Below, piece by piece: positions 1 to 7,932 of a stretch of DNA of 31,176 nt (positions are counted from its first letter, which is position 1; each line of letters starts with the position of its first letter). Under the pieces are notes generated by a model. That model was not told where the DNA came from. It worked only from the letters and a program-made list of their open reading frames with translations, and made no database searches. The position numbers were made by a program, and so were the translations under genes. The stretch is from the NCBI GenBank assembly GCA_964510585.1, contig CAZECW010000181.1, positions 1 to 31,176 of the forward strand. Reading direction: 5' to 3'. The DNA is from an uncultured archaeon (GTDB lineage: Archaea; Asgardarchaeota; Jordiarchaeia; Jordiarchaeales; Jordiarchaeaceae).

Positions 1-2
1 AT

Positions 3-509
3 ACTAATATTTGTGATTTTGAGAGTCATGAGCCTGTTGCCGAGGGTGAGCGTGGCGAGGTAGTTATTACTAATCTTTTTGCTGAGGCTACTCCGATGTT
101 GAGGTGGGGTTCTGAGGACACTGGGGTTCAGACTTTGGAGAAGTGTCCTTGTGGCCGAACCTATTCTAGGACGACTATTTTGGGTAGGGAGGCTTTCGCC
201 GCAAACATTAAGGGTAAGATGACTTTCCCGTCGGAAATTGAGAATGCTCTGGGTGATATTCCCGGGTTCACTGAGTACTTCACCGTTCTCAAGTATAAGA
301 AGGGTCCCATGGATACTTTGAGGATTAAGTTGGCTGTTGATGCAACCAAGATTAAGGACAGAGAAGACTTTATTAGAAAGGTTAAGGGTGCTTTGAAGGA
401 AAAGATGGGTGTGGATTCTGAGATTGAGATTGTTGAGAAGGTTTCAGATTTACCCTTCGTGGGACACAAAGTAATTAAACTCCTGGACTTGACCAAGGAA
501 AAACAATAA
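3..509 (+). CDS. Phenylacetate-CoA ligase (PaaK/AMP-binding) family protein, C-terminal part, truncated by window edge
   Basis: The frame is open from position 3 (TNICDFESHEPVAEGERGEVVITNLFAEATPMLRW...). GEVVITNL-x-EATPMLR, the CPCGRT motif and the C-terminal small domain match PaaK-like ligases. The ATG at 96 is internal. Confidence 0.8.
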   Translation, partial: TNICDFESHEPVAEGERGEVVITNLFAEATPMLRWGSEDTGVQTLEKCPCGRTYSRTTILGREAFAANIKGKMTFPSEIENALGDIPGFTEYFTVLKYKKGPMDTLRIKLAVDATKIKDREDFIRKVKGALKEKMGVDSEIEIVEKVSDLPFVGHKVIKLLDLTKEKQ

Positions 510-522
510 TTTCTTATCCACC

Positions 523-550
523 TTTATTTTATTTTTTTTAACCTATTTTT
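523..550 (+). terminator. T-rich tract after the PaaK-like gene, possible archaeal oligo-T terminator
   Basis: TTTATTTTATTTTTTTTAACCTATTTTT begins about 14 nt after the stop codon at 509. Confidence 0.4.
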
Positions 551-1191
551 CGCGGATTTGGATTTTTGTTTTGTCTATCATGTTTTCCGTGGGGGGGTGG
601 TTATGTGCCAGTGTGTGAGCTTTGTGTCTAGTTTGAACTCGGTGATGGTGTTTGTGGCAGTGGCTGTTTCTGTTTCCTTTATGTGTGGGTCTGGGGGTGT
701 CTGGGGTTTGGGCTTTTCTGTTATCGTTTAGGGGTTTTGGGGTGTTTTGGGTGTTTCTTGGTGGCTAGGTTTTCAGCTTAGGTGCTGGTGCTGTATGTGG
801 GGGTTTGGTGGTTGGTTATGGGGGCTTCAATTATGCTTTGGTGGTTTGTCTTGGGTTGGTTTGTGGGGCTTGCTTCGCAGCACCTGTCAACTTTTCTGGC
901 AATGTTTGTGCTTCTTCATTATTGGTACGGTGAGCGCCAGCTGGTTTTCACTCTTGCTTTTAACTTTTCAGCAGTTTCGTATAAATTCTAGAAAAGTAGT
1001 ACATTGAATATGAAGGTTAAATTTGCGAAGAATGGGTTTAAACTGGTTTTTCATCTTTTTGTTTGGTTGATGTTATTTTTAGGGGTTTCATTTGTTTTTT
1101 AGAGTTGGGGACTGGGTGTTTTTTTGTTTTTAGCTAAATGTTTATTTGTTTTTGCGTATATTTTGTGTCTAGTTTTGTGTGTGGGTTGTTA

Positions 1192-2319
1192 ATGTTTGGT
1201 GGTTTAAGGTTTCGGGATTTGGTTCCTTTTTATGTTTCGGTTTGGAGGTGTCGTGGTTTTGTGCCTCCGCTTGAGGTGAGTTTTAAACCTACGTTGAGGT
1301 GTAATCTTCGTTGTGTGATGTGTCCTCAACGTGCTATTTCTGATGGGGTGAAGAGGGCGTCCGTTAGGTTTGAGCTTTCTACGGGGAGATATTTTGCTTT
1401 GATTGATGAGTTGGCGAGGATGGGGGTGCGGCGTGTTCATATTGTTGGTGGTGGTGAGCCTCTTTTGAGGGGGGATATTCTTGAGCTTATGTGGAAAATT
1501 AAGTGTTGTGGGCTTGGAGGTATTCTTACCACTAATGGGGTGCTTTTAGATGAGAGTAAGATGCGGGGGCTTATTGATATGGGTTGGGATTTGGTGTCCT
1601 TTTCGGTTGATGCCCCCTATGCTGATGCTTATGATGCTATTAGAGGTGTGCCTGGATCTTTTGAGAGGGTTTTTTCGAATATGAAGAGGCTTTCTCAACT
1701 TAGATTGGAGCTAGGTCGGGTGAAGCCTGTGATTCAAATAGGGTGTGTTGTTATGAAGTCAAATTATATGTTTGTGGAGGAGATGGTTGAACTGGCTCGC
1801 AGGGTGGGTGCGGACATTGTTAATTTTAATATGTGCTGGTCTGAAGATTCCTCTCTACTTATTGGTGGGGAAGATTTACCCGAATTTTTCAGCCACTTAA
1901 ATGCAGCATTTAAAAGAGCTTTAAAGTACTCAATAAGGGTTAATGTAGGCGAAATACTTCTTTTCTGGGGCAGAAAGAATACTGATACCATTTGCTTCCG
2001 TCCCTGGCTTTCTCCAGACATCTGGCATAATGGGGATGTTACACCATGCTGTTTTAGTAGAGAAGTTATGGGCAATGTGAGAAATAGGAGTTTTAGAGAG
2101 GTTTGGGACGGGGAAAAATTCAATAATCTGCGCAAATTTTTCTTGGAGGGCAAATTTCCCGATTTCTGTAGAAACTGCAACTGGTCCGAACTTCTATCAT
2201 ACACTGTTCCTCTCGGCAGATGGCTCAGCGCCCCAAAAAAGCTCATAAGACTTCCCAAGTTTAGACAAAGAAGACCGCCTGTTTCAGAAGGCGTGGTGGG
2301 GCAGCCGATCCTTCACTAA
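1192..2319 (+). CDS. Radical SAM protein with SPASM/twitch domain
   Basis: CNLRCVMC (CxxxCxxC), GGGEPLLR and LTTNG motifs, plus C-terminal CFRPW...NGDVTPCC...MGNV...FCRNC. The start is probably ATG 1192; the ORF extends to 1138 through low-complexity GT-rich sequence. Confidence 0.9.
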   Translation: MFGGLRFRDLVPFYVSVWRCRGFVPPLEVSFKPTLRCNLRCVMCPQRAISDGVKRASVRFELSTGRYFALIDELARMGVRRVHIVGGGEPLLRGDILELMWKIKCCGLGGILTTNGVLLDESKMRGLIDMGWDLVSFSVDAPYADAYDAIRGVPGSFERVFSNMKRLSQLRLELGRVKPVIQIGCVVMKSNYMFVEEMVELARRVGADIVNFNMCWSEDSSLLIGGEDLPEFFSHLNAAFKRALKYSIRVNVGEILLFWGRKNTDTICFRPWLSPDIWHNGDVTPCCFSREVMGNVRNRSFREVWDGEKFNNLRKFFLEGKFPDFCRNCNWSELLSYTVPLGRWLSAPKKLIRLPKFRQRRPPVSEGVVGQPILH

Positions 2320-2433
2320 TAGGTTCAATTTTAGTGAAGGATGGTTAAGGGTGATAGACAGTTATTAGATCCAAAAAATGGGTATAAGGGTTAATTCAAA
2401 TGATTTAGTTTTTTTAGCTAGTTGCTGGGAATC

Positions 2434-2973
2434 TTATTGTGGTGGTGTTTCCTTATTTTTTTGGTATTGTTGTTCTTTTTTCATTTTTTTCTTTAGGGCT
2501 TCTATGGCTCCTCCTGAATTAATGATTTCCATTAGGAAGTCTGGTAGTTTTGTTCCTTGGAGTTCTTGGTTTGTTCTTGTGTTTCTGATTATTCCCTTTT
2601 CTAGTTCGATTTCTATAATGTCTCCTTCCTGGAATATTTTGTGGGCCTCTTTAACTTCTACCAGTGGTAGTCCCAGGTTTATTGCGTTCCTGTAAAATAT
2701 TCTTGCAAAAAAGTCTGCCACAATGGCAGCCACTCCCAATTTCTTTAGAACGTAGGGAGCCTCCTCTCTGCTTGAGCCGCACCCAAAGTTTTTCCCTGCC
2801 ACTATGACGTCTCCGGGTTTAACTTTTTTTGCAAAGTCTGGGTTAACCATTTCCATGGCGTGGCTTGCCATTTTGTCTTCGTCTCTTATGGTGAGATAGG
2901 GCCCAGCAATAATTATGTCAGTATCAATATTGTCTCCAAATTTCCAAACCCTTCCTCTAATTACTGTGGTCAC
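2434..2973 (-). CDS. leuD: 3-isopropylmalate dehydratase/homoaconitase small subunit (LeuD/HacB/DmdB family)
   Basis: GRVWKFGDNIDTDIII, VAGKNFGCGSSREEAP and FARIFYRNAINLGLP motifs. GTG start preceded by GAGGAGG. Confidence 0.92.
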   Translation of the reverse strand: MTTVIRGRVWKFGDNIDTDIIIAGPYLTIRDEDKMASHAMEMVNPDFAKKVKPGDVIVAGKNFGCGSSREEAPYVLKKLGVAAIVADFFARIFYRNAINLGLPLVEVKEAHKIFQEGDIIEIELEKGIIRNTRTNQELQGTKLPDFLMEIINSGGAIEALKKKMKKEQQYQKNKETPPQ

Positions 2974-3016
2974 GAAACTTCCTCCTCATTAAATCATAAT
3001 TTATCAAGTAGTATAC

Positions 3017-4306
3017 TCAGATTTTTCTTGGATCTGTTATCTCTCCTGTGACTGCTGATGCGGCGACTGTGTAGGGAGATGCCAAGTACACCTTACTTTC
3101 TTTGCTTCCCATTCTTCCAATGAAGTTTCTGTTTGATGAGGATATGCAAACCTCTCCCGGTCCAAGGACACCTGAGCTCCCGCCTATGCAGGGTCCGCAG
3201 TGTGGGTTGCAGATAACGCATCCTGCTTCTAGGAATATGTCAAACAGTCCCTCGTGCATTGCTTGGACGTATACCTCTTTGGAGGCTGGGATAACTATGC
3301 ACCTCACTTCTTTGGGAATCACTCTGCCTTTCAAAATTTTTGCCGCGGCTCTCATATCCTCCATTCTGCCATTGGTGCATGAACCTATAAATGCCTGGTC
3401 TATTTTTATTCCCTCCACCTCTGAGACTGGCACTGCGTTTCCGGGGCTTGGCGGCTTGGCCACTTGTGGCTCAAGTTTTGAAATATCCATTTTGATTACT
3501 TCCTCAAATGTGGCATCAGGATCGTTTCGTACCACTTGGAATTCCTCTTTGGTTCGGGACTTTACCCACTCAACAGTCTTTTCGTCTGGCTCAATAATTC
3601 CTGCCTTGGCTCCCGCCTCTACGGCCATGTTGCTCAAAGTGAATCTCCCATCAATACTCAATTCTCTTACTGCTTCACCAGCATACTCCATGGTTTTGTA
3701 GGTGGCTCCCTCCACCCCAATGTCGCCAATTATCTTGAGAATGATATCTTTACCCATGATGAACTTTGGAATCTTGCCCGAGATGTCAAACTTTATGGTG
3801 GCTGGAACCTTAAACCACAACTCCCCAGTAGCTAGAACCATAGCCATGTCTGTTGAGCCTATGCCTGTACTAAAAGCCCCCAGAGCGCCATAAGTTGTGG
3901 TGTGGGAATCGCTGCCCACAATGAGGTCACCGGGCTTCACGAAACCCTTCTGGGGAAAAACCGCGTGGCAGATTCCCTCACGCATTCCCAACCAGTTCTT
4001 AATATTATATTTTTCCACAAACTCTCTACACTTCTGGTGAATGATGGCCTCGTCAACTTTTCCTGCAGGAATCCAGTGATCTATAAGCGCCACTACTTTG
4101 TCCGCGTCCCACACACGATCCAAGCCTAGCTCATCATAAATCTGGGCGATACGCAGTCCGGTCAACACCATTTACTTCTAGTGTTGATTTCCGAGCATCT
4201 CGTGCACCATTACTCGGTCAATCCTAGCGTTAACTATTTCTCCCGGCTCTACTTTCTTTTTGCCGGAGTGACTAGCTAAAATCTTCTCCGAAATTGTCAT
4301 TCCCAT
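3017..4306 (-). CDS. leuC: 3-isopropylmalate dehydratase/homoaconitase large subunit (LeuC/HacA/DmdA family), split by a predicted 33-nt intron (exon 1 4306-4189, exon 2 4155-3017; 418 aa spliced)
   Basis: The typical N-terminus [36 protein letters not shown] is encoded from ATG 4306, in frame with the body ([50 protein letters not shown]). In-frame TAG and TAA lie between the two parts. The ATG at 4171 used by the ORF track falls inside the insert. Confidence 0.9.
4156..4188 (-). other. Predicted archaeal bulge-helix-bulge (BHB) intron in leuC mRNA, 33 nt
   Basis: The minus strand reads GAGAUGC-UCGG-AAA-UCAACAC-UAGAAGUAAAUG-GUGUUGA-CCGG-ACU-GCGUAUC. This gives a 7-bp inner helix, a 4-bp central helix (UCGG/CCGG), two 3-nt bulges on opposite strands (AAA, ACU) and an outer helix. 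Cutting after the second nt of each bulge removes 33 nt, including both stops, and restores the frame. Confidence 0.85.
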
Positions 4307-4406
4307 AAAACCAAGTCCTCCAAAAGGTCAGCTTAACACAATTCAAACAAATAACGAAGTATAGGGTAATGTAGTTGCGTTGGCTTTTTTAGTTTTCTAT
4401 CACCTT

Positions 4407-5543
4407 CTAGAAACTATTTGTCTCAATTTTTCTTACTATGGCGTCACCAACTTCTGAGGTTGTACTGGGGGTTAAACCAGCATATCTCCCATAGCATAAG
4501 TCTTGTGTTCTCTTCTTCCCTTCAATCAAAACCTTAGCCACAGCGTCCTCAATTATTGAAGCTGCTTTTTCACAGGATACGTCCCTATGCTTTAAAGCCA
4601 GCCATTCAAGCATCATTTTGCCCGATAGAATGGATCCTATGGGATTCGCCTTATTTTGACCCGCAATATCAGGTGCGCTGCCGTGAACCGGCTCAAACAT
4701 CCCGTATTTCTCGCCAACATTTGCGCTGGGAGCCATACCCATTCCTCCAATCAGCACCGACGAGAGATCAGATAATATGTCCCCTTGAAAGTTTGACGTC
4801 ACAACTACATCATAGTGTTCGGGTGCCCTAATCATCCATTGGGTCATAGCGTCCACATATACGTAGTCCCTTTCAACATCTCCATAGTTTTGGGCTATCT
4901 CATCGTAGATTTTTCTGAAGAGTCTGCACCCATCTAGCACGTTACTCTTATCAACACAGGTCACCCGCCTCTTACCGTCACCGGGAGCTCCATTACGTCT
5001 CATGCACAAGTCAAAAGCGTAACGAATAATGCGCTCTGCACCCTTGCGGGTAATTACCCTCACATCTACAGCCAACTCCTCTATGCCTCCCCTATTCAGC
5101 ACACCTCTGATGGGAACATAGAGTCCTTCGGTGTTCTCCCGAACCACTATGAAGTCTACATCCTTAGAACTCTTTCCCAAAATACGGGAATCTATTCCCT
5201 CATATAGTTTAGCTGGTCTCAAATTTGAGTAAAGGTCTAAACCGAACCTCATACCTAAAAGTATGTCCACGCCTGCTAGGATGCCTCCCGGTTTAACAGC
5301 GCCGGGCCACCCTATCGCTCCAAAGAGAATCGCATCTGACTTTTTACACGCATCAAAGGCCTCATCTGGCCACTCTTTACCAGTCTCCGTATAGTACTTG
5401 CCTCCACAAGGGAACTCTATAAATTCAAAGTTAAAACCATTGGCAACATCCCTAGCGGCTTGCAAAACTTTAACGGTTTCCGGAACCACTTCTCTACCGG
5501 CTCCGTCTCCAGGAAGAACTACAACTTTGTACGTTCTAGTCAA
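4407..5543 (-). CDS. Isocitrate/isopropylmalate/tartrate dehydrogenase family protein (LeuB/AksF-like)
   Basis: VVLPGDGAGREV, DAILFGAIG, NLRPAKLY, VVRENTEGLY, VDKSNVL, GDILSD and FEPVHGSAPDIAGQNKANP motifs. Likely TTG start at 5543 with GGAGG 7 nt upstream. It lies directly upstream of leuC-leuD. Confidence 0.9.
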   Translation of the reverse strand: MTRTYKVVVLPGDGAGREVVPETVKVLQAARDVANGFNFEFIEFPCGGKYYTETGKEWPDEAFDACKKSDAILFGAIGWPGAVKPGGILAGVDILLGMRFGLDLYSNLRPAKLYEGIDSRILGKSSKDVDFIVVRENTEGLYVPIRGVLNRGGIEELAVDVRVITRKGAERIIRYAFDLCMRRNGAPGDGKRRVTCVDKSNVLDGCRLFRKIYDEIAQNYGDVERDYVYVDAMTQWMIRAPEHYDVVVTSNFQGDILSDLSSVLIGGMGMAPSANVGEKYGMFEPVHGSAPDIAGQNKANPIGSILSGKMMLEWLALKHRDVSCEKAASIIEDAVAKVLIEGKKRTQDLCYGRYAGLTPSTTSEVGDAIVRKIETNSF

Positions 5544-5665
5544 AAGTGTGCCTCCGCAAAAAAGGTTGAAACACCACCATATAAATATCATGTTCAACCA
5601 GATTTAACTATAAACCAAAAAATTATATCCTAAGTCTTCACGGGAGGGGGTTGAGGCTTACACAT

Positions 5666-6580
5666 TTAGTTTGCAATTTTTGTTTTGATTAGGGAGTATC
5701 CCTCCAGTTTATTTCCCTCAATCACGTTTGCCAGACGTAGAACGTTAATTGCTCTGCGGGTTTCGAAACTGTTTATGCCCTCTATTTTTTTGCTGCATGC
5801 TTCCCAAATTTTCAGCTCGTCCATGTTACCATTTTTAGATAGAAGCTCTGTAATACATAGCATGCAGTATAACACGTTCTCGAAGGATTTTATCCTCTGA
5901 ATGACTTCGTAACCGTTTCTGGTGAGTTTGTGGTAGAAGTGAAAAATGTCGCTTGGTGAGGGTTCGGGCCCCGCATATTGAATGATGCCCAGTCTCATAA
6001 GCTCAGACATTCGCGAATAAATAGAACTCTCCTTCTGTCCTGTGGCTCGGGCAATTTCAGCTGGGGAAACAATGCTTTTACCCATAACTTTGACAATTTT
6101 TTTCAGGTAACCTGGCAACTGGTCGAAATTAAATTCTACATCGTCTTTGATTCTGTACTGGATTTTAACTCTCTTCACCAGATTCATTTCCCTAAGCTTC
6201 TCCAGCTGAGACCAGCAAGTACGCCTACTCACATTCAAAGAGCGTATAAGCTGCCTAGTGGTTTTAGGAGTTTCCAAAGCCAACAAGTAACGCAACTTAC
6301 CATACAACCTGAGACAATCAATATCTCCAAACAAATCCACAACCAGAAAACCCAGTGGAGTTAAGGAAAAATAACCATTATCATTCAAAATAAGACCCGC
6401 CCTTGTAAGGGGCTCCAAGTACCTTTTCCTAAACTTGGAGGCGAAATCCCGACCAAAACCCATCTGCTCCAACAAGGAATCAAAACTCAACCTCTTACTT
6501 TTAAAAAGCAAATTCATAAGTGCCTGCCGATTCCTACCCGCCAACAGCTCAATAGCCCTTTCAGCACTCAACAAAATCAC
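5666..6580 (-). CDS. Tandem winged-helix protein (3-4 wHTH-like repeats), probable DNA-binding regulator
   Basis: Repeated helix-turn-helix plus wing patterns: YLEPLTRAGLILNDNGYFSLTPLG, RTCWSQLEKLREMNLVKR, PAEIARATGQKESSIYSRMSELMRLGII, ETRRAINVLRLANVIEG. Confidence 0.65.
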   Translation of the reverse strand: MILLSAERAIELLAGRNRQALMNLLFKSKRLSFDSLLEQMGFGRDFASKFRKRYLEPLTRAGLILNDNGYFSLTPLGFLVVDLFGDIDCLRLYGKLRYLLALETPKTTRQLIRSLNVSRRTCWSQLEKLREMNLVKRVKIQYRIKDDVEFNFDQLPGYLKKIVKVMGKSIVSPAEIARATGQKESSIYSRMSELMRLGIIQYAGPEPSPSDIFHFYHKLTRNGYEVIQRIKSFENVLYCMLCITELLSKNGNMDELKIWEACSKKIEGINSFETRRAINVLRLANVIEGNKLEGYSLIKTKIAN

Positions 6581-6642
6581 CGCTACAGATTAAAAAGGGC
6601 ATATGAGAATAAAAATAAAGTGGAAAAAGAAGGGATGCTTTT

Positions 6643-7914
6643 TCAGTCAATCAAAGAGTCCAAAAGCTCAATGAGCTCGTAGAGTTCCAGCTTACTGCCT
6701 GTAGCCTTAATACCATCCCTAAGGTTCAGGAAGCAGAATGGACAAGAAGTTACTATGGCTTGGGCGCCTGTAGCTTCGGCTTCCTTAATTCTCTCAATCA
6801 CCGCATCCATAGCTAGTTCAGGATACTGAGTTTTGACACCGCCACCAGCACCACAGCACCAAGTGTTTTCTTTTATTCTGTACATTTCTCTGAACTCAAC
6901 GCCTGGAATCTGTTTCAGCACATATCTGGGGAGTTCGTACCACTCCTCCTTCTCCTTCTCAATAGCTCTGCTGTCCATGAACCAGTTGTTGCTCTCCTCT
7001 AAGCGCCTCTTCTCAATGTCGTCGGCGATGTGTCTCGTAAGGTGGCAGGGATCGTGCCAAGTCACAATCTTCTTGAACTCCTTCTTAATTTTAAGCTTCC
7101 CCTGCTTCATTAAGTCCGCAATGAACTCCATGGTATGCACAGCTTTGAAAGGTAATGGTTTTCCACTGTACTTTGGATAATCCACCTTAAATGTTCTGTA
7201 GCACCCTGCACAGCTAAACACTACAGTTTCGTATTTTTTGAATGTTTCAAGGTTTTGATTCATAACCCTTAATGCTTCACTTAACTGTCCTGTCCTAAAC
7301 AGTGGAGAGCCGCAGCACACCTCGTCCGTTAAAACCGCTACTGGGACTCCTATTTTTCTAAAAAGGCGCTCTGTGGCCTCAGCCACATTCTTAATCCTGT
7401 AGGAAGCGGTGCATCCCACAAAGTAAGCGGTCTTGGACTTGAGGTTCTTTTCGCCCTTTAACCAAGAGGTTCTCTCTGCGTGAGGCTCATTGTAGGGATT
7501 GTTCTTCTCTTTTACATTTTTAGATAGTGCCGCAGACTTGGCTCCCAAGGGCACGCCCTTTTCCACAAGCGCAGCTCTCAGAGCCTCTATAACATCTACT
7601 GTGGGAATCTTGTTCTCACATTGTGCGGCACAGTTTCCACAAGTACTACACTGGAAAATGATGTCTCTCATTTCCTCGCTTGGCTCAAGTTCTCCTTCAA
7701 GAACTGCTCTGGCCATCCACATCTTGCCAGAGTTATAGAAGCCTTCCCACTTGTACTTATTTCCAGCAGGGCATCCCGTAACTATACCTTCATAGAGGAC
7801 GCCTCCATGCTCACCTAGTCCTTCCTTATCAGGCTCACCGGAATAGGCAAATCTGCAGGCACCACAGTGAATACATCGATAAATCTGTTTTCTCATTTTT
7901 TGTAGTCTTTCCAT
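6643..7914 (-). CDS. Fe-S/CCG-domain oxidoreductase (GlcF/GlpC/HdrD-like)
   Basis: N-terminal CIHCGAC...C and CSTCGNC...C ferredoxin motifs and two CCG domains (EVCCGSP...SCAGC; HDPCHL...WCCGAGGG...TSCPFC). Confidence 0.88.
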   Translation of the reverse strand: MERLQKMRKQIYRCIHCGACRFAYSGEPDKEGLGEHGGVLYEGIVTGCPAGNKYKWEGFYNSGKMWMARAVLEGELEPSEEMRDIIFQCSTCGNCAAQCENKIPTVDVIEALRAALVEKGVPLGAKSAALSKNVKEKNNPYNEPHAERTSWLKGEKNLKSKTAYFVGCTASYRIKNVAEATERLFRKIGVPVAVLTDEVCCGSPLFRTGQLSEALRVMNQNLETFKKYETVVFSCAGCYRTFKVDYPKYSGKPLPFKAVHTMEFIADLMKQGKLKIKKEFKKIVTWHDPCHLTRHIADDIEKRRLEESNNWFMDSRAIEKEKEEWYELPRYVLKQIPGVEFREMYRIKENTWCCGAGGGVKTQYPELAMDAVIERIKEAEATGAQAIVTSCPFCFLNLRDGIKATGSKLELYELIELLDSLID

Positions 7915-7932
7915 TTTTCACATTAACCTCCT

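Noticed and set aside
747-1007. Hydrophobic Trp/Gly/Val-rich ORFs 747-1007 and 782-991 as membrane proteins
   Set aside because: Their composition is what GT-rich low-complexity DNA gives in any frame. They have no SD and no recognisable motif.
2378-3893. Antisense/overlapping ORFs such as 2378-2695, 3102-3701, 3536-3835 (also 1764-2258, 16940-17368, 23533-23991, 30289-30696)
   Set aside because: They are shadow frames of well-supported genes on the opposite strand, with Ser/Phe/Ile-rich composition and no motifs.
3017-4171. ORF-track 384-aa LeuC starting MVLTGLR
   Set aside because: It lacks the conserved N-terminus and the VHE motif, and its ATG lies in the loop of the predicted intron.
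4172-4180. Pyrrolysine/selenocysteine or stop read-through explanation for the leuC in-frame stops
   Set aside because: There are two different stops (TAG and TAA, no TGA) two codons apart. Read-through would also add 11 extra residues in a conserved region, whereas BHB excision restores the family spacing exactly.
6941-7030. Insertion in the CCG protein as a second, stop-free intron
   Set aside because: The sequence is purine-rich, encodes a plausible charged helix, and shows no BHB pairing that I could find.
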